Positions 9,083 to 17,366 are shown, counted from the stretch's first letter. The stretch is DNA of 27,639 bases from a virus (IMGVR_UViG_3300036856_000054:1-27639), one strand, 5' to 3'. Made by a program: numbers and translations. The notes: generated by a model from the letters alone, not told the origin.

Positions 9083-9424
9083 ATGGAATCCGCGCCGCCG
9101 CCAGGGGAATGGCATCCCTGGTATCGGGATAAGCCATGGCTAATGAATTGGCTCAACGACCGTAAATCCATGAATTACCGAGTTTTGGTTATGCCAGCGC
9201 CACGCGTATCATTCGCGGATTATCCGTACCACCGTGATGGTCATGAGATATCACTCACGAAAACAATAGCGTGGGCACTGGCACCCTGGGCTGAGCAATC
9301 CTACGTGTACGCGTGGTATGTCGCTACAGACACCTACGGCCGTCAGATCGCCGGAGACAGCTGGATCGAGTACATCGAGAACTACGATCGATTCCTCGCG
9401 TGGGTCAGCGAGTGGATGATCTAG
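9083..9424 (+). CDS. Antisense moron between protease and MCP; Trp/Tyr-rich hypothetical protein
   Basis: MESAPPPGEWHPWYRDKPWL...; protein-like composition; stop shares CTAG with the convergent protease stop; no comparable ORF on the minus strand. Confidence 0.7.
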   Translation: MESAPPPGEWHPWYRDKPWLMNWLNDRKSMNYRVLVMPAPRVSFADYPYHRDGHEISLTKTIAWALAPWAEQSYVYAWYVATDTYGRQIAGDSWIEYIENYDRFLAWVSEWMI

Positions 9425-10365
9425 TCCTCGGCGGCCAGCAGCGCCGCGTGCACCAGCGAAATGGAGCGCCCCATGGGCACTACCGGCGCCTCTACGGGCG
9501 CGTGGCCGTTGCTGTCCCTGGTGACCTGCTCAGCCGGTCGGAATCGGCGATTGAGGTACTGCCACGCCGACCGAGCGGCGGCCTCGGGCCACTGATCCAC
9601 CTGCTCCATCATCCGCTGTGCACTCTCACCTATGCGCGTGTTGGGGTTCGCGCCGAAGTTGACCGCTGACACATCGCCGGCATGCAAATCGAGCTCCGTC
9701 AAGGTAAACTCAGTGAAGTCGGATGACCATTGACCATCAACCAACATGGCCGCAAAAGACATCTGATCAATGCAGACATCACGGAGGGCAATGATCAGGT
9801 TGTTGACGTCGGACCGCAACGGATTAAGCCACGTCTCGACAGACAAACCCTCGGGCTGCACCGAGAGTTGTAGCGAGCCGGCTCTCGTGCGCGCCATGCT
9901 CAAACCCTCGTGATTCACCAGGAATGCAACATCGGGTTGGCGCTGGAGTGACGCGCTAAATGCGTCCTTAGCCACCCGTTCCGTGTAGGGTCCATAAAAA
10001 TCCCACATCTCATAGGGGATGTCCGTGACAGACGCCACTCCGGAAAGATGCACCCATTCCGAAGTCATCACGTCAGGCGAGAGCCCCGGTGCGGCGCGCT
10101 CCCAAAAATCCTTGCCGCCGCAGGAACAGATCAGTGATTCGTCCGGGCAGTCGCATGATTGCCGGGCCAGCATTTGTTTGCTGGCTGTTATTTTCGAGCG
10201 GAAAGTCAGCACGCGCGGAGTATCTACATCAACAGGCAGCCGGTGCCGAGCTCGGCTGATGTCCGTGCTACCGGTTCCGTTGGTGAGGGCTTCCCGGCGG
10301 GCAATCGCTGCGCGCTCCCGGGAGATCGTCATATCGCTCAAGTCAAGCTCCCTTCGGGCAGCCAA
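9421..10365 (-). CDS. HK97-family prohead (capsid maturation) protease
   Basis: FLVNHEGLSMART (catalytic His), IDQMSFA (catalytic Ser), DVSAVNFGANPNT. Confidence 0.92.
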   Translation of the reverse strand: MAARRELDLSDMTISRERAAIARREALTNGTGSTDISRARHRLPVDVDTPRVLTFRSKITASKQMLARQSCDCPDESLICSCGGKDFWERAAPGLSPDVMTSEWVHLSGVASVTDIPYEMWDFYGPYTERVAKDAFSASLQRQPDVAFLVNHEGLSMARTRAGSLQLSVQPEGLSVETWLNPLRSDVNNLIIALRDVCIDQMSFAAMLVDGQWSSDFTEFTLTELDLHAGDVSAVNFGANPNTRIGESAQRMMEQVDQWPEAAARSAWQYLNRRFRPAEQVTRDSNGHAPVEAPVVPMGRSISLVHAALLAAED

Positions 10366-10400
10366 TAGCCACGATTAAATTGGATAGGGGGAGAACGGGC

Positions 10401-10748
10401 CTATTCGCCGATGCGGTCGAACCAGTCCATCACGGCACCCTCATGGACCTCGGCGCCGGGCATCTCGTCCTTCTCCTCCTCGCGGCCCTCCTCAACAATC
10501 TTGGCCGGAGAGCTAGGGCCATCGCCACCATCGTCTTTAGTGTCGCTACCCATCTCACTCGGCGTCGTAGGCTTGCCGGTATCGTTCGAGGCTGGGTTTT
10601 CGGCGTCCTGGTGCTCGGCAAGCGATGTCTCCCGCACCAGCGGAGCTGCGGTGAACACCGGTGGTGTGGTCAGCGTCGCGGCGCGCTTGGTAGGCACCTG
10701 TGCCCGCCGGGTTGGTGCGCCAGTCGCGCGGTGCATATGCTTTGTCAT
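10401..10748 (-). CDS. Small disordered protein, basic N-terminus / acidic C-terminus (array member 4)
   Basis: SD AGGGAG, ATG 10748: MTKHMHRATGAPTRR...SLAEHQDA...NDTGKPTTPSEM. Confidence 0.7.
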   Translation of the reverse strand: MTKHMHRATGAPTRRAQVPTKRAATLTTPPVFTAAPLVRETSLAEHQDAENPASNDTGKPTTPSEMGSDTKDDGGDGPSSPAKIVEEGREEEKDEMPGAEVHEGAVMDWFDRIGE

Positions 10749-10749
10749 G

Positions 10750-10962
10750 TCATTCTCCCTTTCGCTGCATCTCATCGAGATCTACCGAAGTAGCACCAGG
10801 CGCATACTCAGTTGGCGTCACCGGCACACCTCGATCGTTCGGGGCTGCTTTCACCGCGTCTTGCTCAGCAGCCAACGAGTAAGTTCTCATAGGTCGCGCG
10901 GGTGGCGCTGGCGTACCCCGGCGGATCGGTGCGCCTGCCGTCCGATGCGTGTATTTAGTCAT
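10750..10962 (-). CDS. Small disordered protein (array member 3)
   Basis: MTKYTHRTAGAPIRR...SLAAEQDA...NDRGVPVTPTE; clear paralog of 10401-10748. Confidence 0.7.
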   Translation of the reverse strand: MTKYTHRTAGAPIRRGTPAPPARPMRTYSLAAEQDAVKAAPNDRGVPVTPTEYAPGATSVDLDEMQRKGE

Positions 10963-11135
10963 TTCGTATCCTCTGTCTCCAGGGACATCTGCGTCGGTGT
11001 CTTCGGCTCACCAGTATAGTTTTTCGCCGGGGTAGGACTCTGTATTTGAGCCAGAGTCGGATCCTGTAATGCGTGACCAACTCGGCGCGAAACCGTTGGC
11101 GGAGTACTCGTGCGGGAAACCGGTCGTGATCTCAT
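10959..11135 (-). CDS. Small disordered protein, 58 aa (array member 2; absent from ORF track)
   Basis: MRSRPVSRTSTPPTVSRRVGHALQDPTLAQIQSPTPAKNYTGEPKTPTQMSLETEDTK; stop overlaps the next ATG (ATGA). Confidence 0.65.
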   Translation of the reverse strand: MRSRPVSRTSTPPTVSRRVGHALQDPTLAQIQSPTPAKNYTGEPKTPTQMSLETEDTK

Positions 11136-11138
11136 CAG

Positions 11139-11630
11139 CTATCCCATCGACAAAGCAGTGGATTTATCCATTGGTTGATAGAGCACGGGCTGATCGTCAT
11201 CCTCGATGTCATCAGGAACCGGTGCCGCGTCCGGTGGTTGTCTTTCCGGTGGCGATGATTGGAGATCGGCGGGTGTGGGCGCCGCGTCCGGTGGTTCCAT
11301 CCCCGGCACCTCCTCGTGTACACGCGTATTGTCGTCCGAATCTCGGTCTACATGGCCCAAAGTTGGATCATGTTTGAGCGGGTCGTCCTCAGGGATATAC
11401 ATCGGCGCGGTATTGCCGGAACGGTCGCCATCTTCGTCATCGTCGGGTGCATGCGTTGAGGGCAACTCATCACTGGCGTCCGATGGGGTAGTCGGCAACG
11501 TGCCGCCAGTCATGTCCAACGGCGACTTGGCCTGATGCAGCGGCACGGTAGATGTACTCCGGTGCACGGGCACACCTCGGCGCGTCACGAGCCGGCGCGG
11601 CTGTCCTGCGCGGGTTGATCGGGGATCCAT
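11139..11630 (-). CDS. Disordered protein, basic N-terminus / Asp-Pro-rich C-terminus (array member 1)
   Basis: Starts 3 nt after the portal stop; MDPRSTRAGQPRRLVTRRG...TGGTLPTTPSD... Confidence 0.7.
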   Translation of the reverse strand: MDPRSTRAGQPRRLVTRRGVPVHRSTSTVPLHQAKSPLDMTGGTLPTTPSDASDELPSTHAPDDDEDGDRSGNTAPMYIPEDDPLKHDPTLGHVDRDSDDNTRVHEEVPGMEPPDAAPTPADLQSSPPERQPPDAAPVPDDIEDDDQPVLYQPMDKSTALSMG

Positions 11631-11633
11631 TTG

Positions 11634-12896
11634 CTACCCCTCTCCAGGTGCCACTGCGCCGCCCGGCTGAAAGGGAATGACAGTGGCGCCCGGGCCGTGC
11701 GGTTTCGGGTCTATGGGCTGCGGCGCTCGGCTCGGCCAGAAGCGATCGAACTCAGCCATTTGCGATTCAGTCATCGGCGGCAGATCCTCCAGCAAGCGGG
11801 CCTCACTCGGAGCCAGCACCCGAGAGGCTATCCGAGCTGCGATCACCTTGGCGCGGGTTTCCGGGTCCATTCGCATCAGTGCGTCGGTGTTTATCTTAAC
11901 AAATTGTTTGTTTGGCAATAGTTTGTTGAGGCCATTCTCGCGTCTGATGACGGCCGGACCGAGGCTCATGATCAATAGTTGGAGGTTTCGCTGCACCACA
12001 TTGGCATAGGTCACGCTGGACCCCGAGACAGCTGCGTCGATCAAATCAGCCGGGCAGTCCAGGAATCGCGCGATCTCGGCCAGTCCGATGCTGCGCGCCT
12101 CCAGCCATTCCATGCCGGTCTGTTCAGCTTGGAGTAAGTTGTAGCTCCAGTCTTTGCCGGTCACGAGCACATCGCCGGTGCGGATACTTTCTTTCGCACG
12201 GGCCTTGATGCCCTCGGCCTGATCATCGGTGATCGTGGGCAGTAGCTCGTTTTTCATATGCGCCCTGGGAATGCCACCGGTGGTAAACCAACTGATGGCG
12301 AAATCCTGGATGGACAAATGCTCACCAATGCACCAGGCCGCGTACATGATGGGTGACAAGCCGAGGTGGAATCCAGCGACCGTGTACTGCTTCGCATGCC
12401 AAATCTGATCTGGTCGGTAAGACTTACCCCGGATAATCCACTCCACCAGGATGTTATCGATGATATTGGCGCTCACCCAGGCCAACGGCACGAGATGAAT
12501 CTCCGCTGGCAGTCCATACCCGTTGCGGGCGGTGACGATGCCCACCGAATTACCGGCGCGGTCTAAGTCAAACTGAGTGGAGTACATGAATTCGAGGTAA
12601 TCGACTTCCGAGCCCCCCGGATTCAGGATAACCGGCGGGGATGGTACTTTGACGTGTGGTAATCCGTACTCGGCGCGGCGGAACACATCAACCGGAAACG
12701 TGCTGATGAGATTGGCCCGCAGCCGAAGACATGCCCATACCGCGCTGTGCCGTAGCGCGGATTCCGAGTTAATCATGTGGCCGGGGGCGATCTGCAATCC
12801 CAGCCTGTGCGGAATCACATCACTGGCTTGCGCGCCCGGGTATTCGCCCCAGTACGGACCCTCAACATTCGCCGTGCGCTTGAAAAGCAGGCTCAC
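11634..12896 (-). CDS. Portal protein, HK97 family
   Basis: SALRHSAVWACLRLRANLISTFP, GLSPI, IARFLDCP, SVTYANVVQ, EARLLEDLPP; SD AGGAGG. Confidence 0.95.
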   Translation of the reverse strand: MSLLFKRTANVEGPYWGEYPGAQASDVIPHRLGLQIAPGHMINSESALRHSAVWACLRLRANLISTFPVDVFRRAEYGLPHVKVPSPPVILNPGGSEVDYLEFMYSTQFDLDRAGNSVGIVTARNGYGLPAEIHLVPLAWVSANIIDNILVEWIIRGKSYRPDQIWHAKQYTVAGFHLGLSPIMYAAWCIGEHLSIQDFAISWFTTGGIPRAHMKNELLPTITDDQAEGIKARAKESIRTGDVLVTGKDWSYNLLQAEQTGMEWLEARSIGLAEIARFLDCPADLIDAAVSGSSVTYANVVQRNLQLLIMSLGPAVIRRENGLNKLLPNKQFVKINTDALMRMDPETRAKVIAARIASRVLAPSEARLLEDLPPMTESQMAEFDRFWPSRAPQPIDPKPHGPGATVIPFQPGGAVAPGEG

Positions 12897-12905
12897 CGTA
12901 CCTCC

Positions 12906-12914
12906 TGCTATACT
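12906..12914 (+). promoter_or_regulatory. Extended -10 (TGcTATACT) 8 nt upstream of ATG 12923
   Basis: Near-consensus; abuts and overlaps the portal SD (CCTCCT 12901-12906) on the opposite strand. Confidence 0.6.
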
Positions 12915-12922
12915 GCGCAGCT

Positions 12923-13117
12923 ATGAAGACAGATATGAGCCAAATCCCCGGGTGGGAAGGCTCCCAGGGACCATTCCCCTCACAACACGGGAAACCCCAC
13001 GTCTACGCCAGAGACATCCATTCTGGTGCAGGTAACTGCGTTTGTGGGAGACAACCCGAATCAACCATGCACGTACCGGTACCCGCAGCCCCTACAGGCG
13101 GGTGGACCGCTGAGTGA
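12923..13117 (+). CDS. Antisense small moron (64 aa; His/CxC, possibly metal-binding)
   Basis: PHVYARDIHSGAGNCVCG...H; own promoter; fills the gap between the membrane gene and the portal. Confidence 0.65.
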   Translation: MKTDMSQIPGWEGSQGPFPSQHGKPHVYARDIHSGAGNCVCGRQPESTMHVPVPAAPTGGWTAE

Positions 13118-13122
13118 TTCAC

Positions 13123-13485
13123 CTAATCTTTGGACAGCCAGGCAAATCGCCACCAGGTACGCGTGATGATCTGTGGTCGAGCCTCGATTGCCTCAGTGCG
13201 CGAGCGCGTGACCGGTGGTCGCTCCGGCGCGGTTGGTGGCGGAGCCGGCTGATTCGTCCGGTGATCCCACCAGGCCGCAGCCAGCAGTGTCGCACCGGCG
13301 GCCACGAAAAACCCGGGCCAGCGCATCAGCTCGAACGCGGCCACACCCAACCCAACCGCAATCGACACCACGGCTACCGCGATCAGGCACAGCAGCACCA
13401 CCTCGTACACCACCGGGCTCAACGCCGAGCGGGCCGGCGCGGGCCGGCGCGGATCCATCTGGGTAACTGATGCTGGTGCGGTCAA
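13123..13485 (-). CDS. Small two-TM membrane protein between TerL and portal
   Basis: Two hydrophobic segments; a common position in HK97-like phages; overlaps the TerL stop. Confidence 0.7.
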   Translation of the reverse strand: MTAPASVTQMDPRRPAPARSALSPVVYEVVLLCLIAVAVVSIAVGLGVAAFELMRWPGFFVAAGATLLAAAWWDHRTNQPAPPPTAPERPPVTRSRTEAIEARPQIITRTWWRFAWLSKD

Positions 13486-15011
13486 TGCACACTCTCCAGC
13501 GGGTCATAGGCCAGTGCGCCGTAGAGCACGAGCCCGTAGCGGGCTTGTGAGCACACCTTGAGTGGTGAGATGTCCAGGGCAGCGTCACGGCGGGCAAAGG
13601 CCCATCCACCATCACCGGAGTTGCGTCGCTGAGCGGCCTTGATGGCTGCGGCGATCTGTGGCTGCCCCAGGTGGCGTAGCTGGTCGCGCTCGGGCGCTTG
13701 GATGGCTGCGAGTAGCCCCATGTCCGCCTGTACCGCCTCGCGGGCGGTGAGCGGGGTGACCGTGACGCCGGCCTCGGCGAGCTCGGGCAGCAGCGCGCCG
13801 GCCGGTCCGGTGGCATCAACGATCCAGATCACCGGTTGCCACTTGTCGTTGAGCTCTTTGACCCGGGGGACGATCCACGACGTGCCCCTGCGGTGATCGA
13901 GCACACCATCTTTGCTGGTGATCTCTACGTGCGGGATACCGTCACTGCGATAACCGCAGACTCCGATCGAGCCGGAGGTCAAATCCTCGGCAACGTCGAG
14001 AGCGAACACCATGCCCTGGTGGATCTCGCTGTCCGGCTCGGCGAGCTGCGCCCAGTGCGCCAGATTGATGATGGACATCCCGGCCGGGTCATCCCAGGCG
14101 CAGAGCACTTCCCGGGCGAATTCGGCCGGGTCCATGCTGCGCAACGCGCGGCGGATGGTCTGAACGGTAATGCGCCGGCCGAGCGCGGGATTGGCCGCAG
14201 CCCAGGCTACCGGCATGTTGCGGACTAGTTCCGGGGCCTCGTGGTACGACTCATCCACCGACCATTCGTAGTAAGCGAGTTCCGGCTCGGCTTCCAAGGC
14301 CCGCACCCGGACTTGACGCAACGCGGTTGAGGTGATCTTACCGGCCATGGACACATACCAGATCTGCCAATTAGACCGAGCGAACATGATGGGCATCATA
14401 CCACCCACCATTTCGGCGGTCAGCGCGAAAGCCTCATCGAAAAAGATAACGTCGTAACCGGCCCAACCGCGTGCCGCTGAGGGGGTGCGCGCCACGAAAT
14501 CGATTCGGGCTGACTCGGCAAAGCGGCGAACAGATTTGGCGTCGGCAGCGAGGATAATGGTTTTCGGGGCCTTGAGGACAATGCTTTGTTCCTCATTGCT
14601 CATGCGGATCTGCTTGACTTCACGATCTAAGTCAGGCACCGACTCGATCAAAAACTGTATGCGTTCTCGGATCTTTCGGCTGGTGGCCATGAGGTGGCTC
14701 GTGTACACCATTTTGTGTCGGCGCAGATAAAGCCCGTTGAGGGTGGCGATCTCAACGATCGAGCCTTTGCCGTTCTGTCGCGCAACGACTAAGCCCACTT
14801 CGGGTGCGGTGGTCTGGTTTTGGTCATCGACACCGAGGGCACCATCGAGCACCCGGCGTTGCCAGTCGTCGGCGATCAGTCCGGCCATCTCGGCGAGCTC
14901 GCAGGCTTCCGGCCCGGTGGTGGTGGCATAGGGCGGCACCAGCTCGATGCGCGGGGTCTGGCTACCGAGGAGTTTCGCCCATCTTGCGGTCCCGGCGCTC
15001 GCGGAGTTCAT
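13482..15011 (-). CDS. terL: Terminase large subunit
   Basis: Walker A VARQNGKG, Walker B IFFDEA, AANPALG, nuclease domain FALDVA...DISPL. Confidence 0.95.
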   Translation of the reverse strand: MNSASAGTARWAKLLGSQTPRIELVPPYATTTGPEACELAEMAGLIADDWQRRVLDGALGVDDQNQTTAPEVGLVVARQNGKGSIVEIATLNGLYLRRHKMVYTSHLMATSRKIRERIQFLIESVPDLDREVKQIRMSNEEQSIVLKAPKTIILAADAKSVRRFAESARIDFVARTPSAARGWAGYDVIFFDEAFALTAEMVGGMMPIMFARSNWQIWYVSMAGKITSTALRQVRVRALEAEPELAYYEWSVDESYHEAPELVRNMPVAWAAANPALGRRITVQTIRRALRSMDPAEFAREVLCAWDDPAGMSIINLAHWAQLAEPDSEIHQGMVFALDVAEDLTSGSIGVCGYRSDGIPHVEITSKDGVLDHRRGTSWIVPRVKELNDKWQPVIWIVDATGPAGALLPELAEAGVTVTPLTAREAVQADMGLLAAIQAPERDQLRHLGQPQIAAAIKAAQRRNSGDGGWAFARRDAALDISPLKVCSQARYGLVLYGALAYDPLESVH

Positions 15012-15264
15012 CCAGGGCGCTCCGTTCCGGCTCTGGGGTCGCTGCCGGTGGCGGTGACGGCATGGTCAGCCGTTCCCAGCGGTCCGTGAGCTTGCGCAGG
15101 TCGGCCAGCACGAGACGCAGCTGACTGGCGGCCGGGTTGTAGCCGGCGTCGAACCGCTGCGCCACCGCGCGGCCTAGCGTGATCAGAGCACGGGCGTCGT
15201 TGCGCACATCCGGCGGCAGCTGGGCTACCTGCTGCTCAAATTCCTCCGCCGCGCTGTCAGCCAT
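14962..15264 (-). CDS. terS: Terminase small subunit
   Basis: Directly upstream of TerL; helical AVAQRFD...SQLRLVLADL, C-terminal SALDELRERR. Confidence 0.75.
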   Translation of the reverse strand: MADSAAEEFEQQVAQLPPDVRNDARALITLGRAVAQRFDAGYNPAASQLRLVLADLRKLTDRWERLTMPSPPPAATPEPERSALDELRERRDRKMGETPR

Positions 15265-15266
15265 GG

Positions 15267-15497
15267 CTAGTGTTTCTTCGTCGCGGCGAGCTCGGATTTG
15301 AGGGCGGCCAGCTCCATCGCCAGCTGCACGGCAACCGCAGTAACCCCGGGTGCGGCAGTAACACCGGTGCGGGTAGCTTCCCCGGCGATGACATTCAGAT
15401 CTTTGCGGGAAGTATTCAGTGCAGCTAATGCGCTGACCAATCCACTCGCCGCAGATAATGCCGGGACAACGATTTCAACCACGGCGAACACGTCCAT
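15267..15497 (-). CDS. Small protein with N-terminal TM and C-terminal helix (holin-module partner)
   Basis: Hydrophobic N-terminus; TAATG-coupled to the upstream 4-TM gene. Confidence 0.55.
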   Translation of the reverse strand: MDVFAVVEIVVPALSAASGLVSALAALNTSRKDLNVIAGEATRTGVTAAPGVTAVAVQLAMELAALKSELAATKKH

Positions 15498-15919
15498 TAT
15501 CTGGCCTCAGTCGTAGGTAACTTGCTGTACACGTGGTATATCGAGCGCACCTGGTTATTGATTTGGTGTGCCCGCATGTAATTGATCATCGCGAATATGC
15601 CCAGCGCGACACCCACGTATGCTACGTGACCTGGTGAGCTGACCCGGATCCCTACCAGCACGAAAGCCAAGGTATAGGCCATGATCAAGCCGGTGAGGAA
15701 AATGAGCGCGGCGCGCTCAACTAGCAGCATCGCGTTGGTGAATACGATTTCGCCGGAGATGGCCACCAGAGCTCCGAGAGCTAGACCGCCGAACCACACC
15801 CAGCGCGCCCAGGCCGGGAATACCGAGGTAACCTCACCGTTATTCGATAAGCCCCAGGTGGCAGCAAAACCCACGGTGAGGAGTAGCACGAAGATCTCGT
15901 AGTAGTTGCGGGTCACCAC
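15497..15919 (-). CDS. Four-TM membrane protein, putative holin
   Basis: Four hydrophobic helices; YEIFVLLL...VERAALIFL pattern resembling actinophage lysis-module membrane proteins; SD AAGGGA. Confidence 0.55.
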   Translation of the reverse strand: MVTRNYYEIFVLLLTVGFAATWGLSNNGEVTSVFPAWARWVWFGGLALGALVAISGEIVFTNAMLLVERAALIFLTGLIMAYTLAFVLVGIRVSSPGHVAYVGVALGIFAMINYMRAHQINNQVRSIYHVYSKLPTTEAR

Positions 15920-15990
15920 GGCAATCCCTTGTGAGTTTCGACTACCCTGGCAACCATGAGATTATTCCTCCACATCCTTGGCCTGTGGTG

Positions 15991-16146
15991 TCAGATACAG
16001 CTAGCCCGGCAGCGCCAGCCGGCGCACGCGTGCTCGCCTCCCGAGCAAGCAGCACCGGGCGAAGTGTGGCGCTGTTCGTGTACACGCCGGTACCGGTGCG
16101 CGTCGGGTGTCACCAAGATTCGCTCCGATGACGGGCGCTGTCGCAT
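15991..16146 (-). CDS. Possible 51-aa Cys/His-rich peptide
   Basis: ATG overlaps the thioesterase stop (TGATG); C-terminal ACSGGEHACAGWRCRASC. Confidence 0.35.
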   Translation of the reverse strand: MRQRPSSERILVTPDAHRYRRVHEQRHTSPGAACSGGEHACAGWRCRASCI

Positions 16147-16730
16147 CATCGTGCGAGCACGTTGGCTCCGTTACTGGTTACCGTGGCCGAAGATGCCCTG
16201 ACCACCGTAGTAGCGCTGCCCGTGCGGAGGGCTTGTTTCTTCGGCTGGACCCGCCGTGCCGTGTACGACACCGGGTGCACCTGGGCGAACCCCAGTGAAC
16301 CTGCGGCGATCAATTCGCCCAGGTTGTCTACCGCTGAAATTGCCCACGTCGAGCGCCGGCCGTTCACTTCGGTACATTGCGCGGTAATGGTGACGGTGGA
16401 TTTCCACACCGCTGGCGCCTCGTGGCTGAGCTCTTTAATGCCCGTCCCTAACTGGCAGCCAGTCAGTGACGCCATGATGATGTGCTCGCACCAGTGCACC
16501 AGCCGGGCAGAGGCGAGAATGTGCGGCTTACAGATGGCCGGGTAGGTGACCGACACCAGGTCATACCAGCGCACCCGGTATTCGGCGGTGAGTACCTGCC
16601 CGACCATGGGATCGGTTCGCGGGATGCGCTGGTGCTGGCAGCACTGGCGGAGGATCTCGACACAGGCCGCCAGCAGCATGCCGAGAGAAAAGATCGTGGC
16701 ATAGACGTTGAGACCAAGAGGACCGATCAA
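16146..16730 (-). CDS. FlK-like (fluoroacetyl-CoA-type) hotdog-fold thioesterase; start 16730 (with N-terminal hydrophobic segment) or 16607
   Basis: ILASARLVHWCE (Ser/Thr and Glu), GT...LSHEAPA (His), VTITAQCTEVNGRR.TW.ISA.D..GELIAAG match the FlK pattern. Confidence 0.75.
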   Translation of the reverse strand: MIGPLGLNVYATIFSLGMLLAACVEILRQCCQHQRIPRTDPMVGQVLTAEYRVRWYDLVSVTYPAICKPHILASARLVHWCEHIIMASLTGCQLGTGIKELSHEAPAVWKSTVTITAQCTEVNGRRSTWAISAVDNLGELIAAGSLGFAQVHPVSYTARRVQPKKQALRTGSATTVVRASSATVTSNGANVLAR

Positions 16731-16770
16731 TCAACTACTCGCTTTCGCGCTCTGGGATGCCGGGATAACT

Positions 16771-17145
16771 TTAAGCATACCAGTAGGGCTCCGCATCGCA
16801 GACATAGGGTATCGCCCGGACGGGATCCACCGTGCTCGGCAGCAGGTGTTCGTCCATATAGTGCATAAATGCCGCGCGAAAGGCGCTCGTCCGGTCTTTG
16901 CTACCCAGCAAACCGGAATACCCGCAACTACATATTGGCCGCCAGAGCACGATTCCATACATCGGACGCGGTTCTCTACTCGCCAGGTACCGGTCAGACA
17001 CTGACTCGTAACGGACCAACAGATAACGCACATCATCGACAACAACGATTTCCCCGCGTGCCGGTATGGGCAAGTCGCAGCAATGGGCCAAGAATTCACC
17101 GGTAATGAAGTATGTCGGGTCAGTCATGGGGAGGAGTATAGCCAA
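16771..17145 (-). CDS. Hypothetical protein (start possibly 17127)
   Basis: Follows 17120-17359 in the same direction; WRPICSCGY...H motif suggests metal binding. Confidence 0.5.
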   Translation of the reverse strand: MAILLPMTDPTYFITGEFLAHCCDLPIPARGEIVVVDDVRYLLVRYESVSDRYLASREPRPMYGIVLWRPICSCGYSGLLGSKDRTSAFRAAFMHYMDEHLLPSTVDPVRAIPYVCDAEPYWYA

Positions 17146-17359
17146 TCCGGGCAGCTACGTAGACGGCACAATTTTTCGTATGCCACAGAAACCAGAGGGC
17201 CTCGGTGGTGGCCGGGTCATCGGGGAGCACCGTCGCGATATGTCCGGCCAGCTCGGCGAATTTCGCGCTGAACGGCTGGAGATCTTCGGGTAGATGGCTG
17301 TAGGCAAACCGGTCCAGAGCAGCGGTGATGGCTGGGTGTCGCTGGGGAGGGTCACTCAT
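17120..17359 (-). CDS. Small helical phage protein, Acb2/Tad1-like hairpin candidate
   Basis: RHP...FAYSHLPEDLQPFS..FAELA......LPDDP.TT.AL..L..TKNCAV resembles a widespread phage family; link to Acb2/Tad1 is from recall and unverified. Confidence 0.5.
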   Translation of the reverse strand: MSDPPQRHPAITAALDRFAYSHLPEDLQPFSAKFAELAGHIATVLPDDPATTEALWFLWHTKNCAVYVAARIGYTPPHD

Positions 17360-17366
17360 GGGTGGT

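Noticed and set aside
10401-11630. Twin-arginine (Tat) signal interpretation of the RR leaders
   Set aside because: No S/T-R-R-x-F-L consensus and no hydrophobic h-region follows
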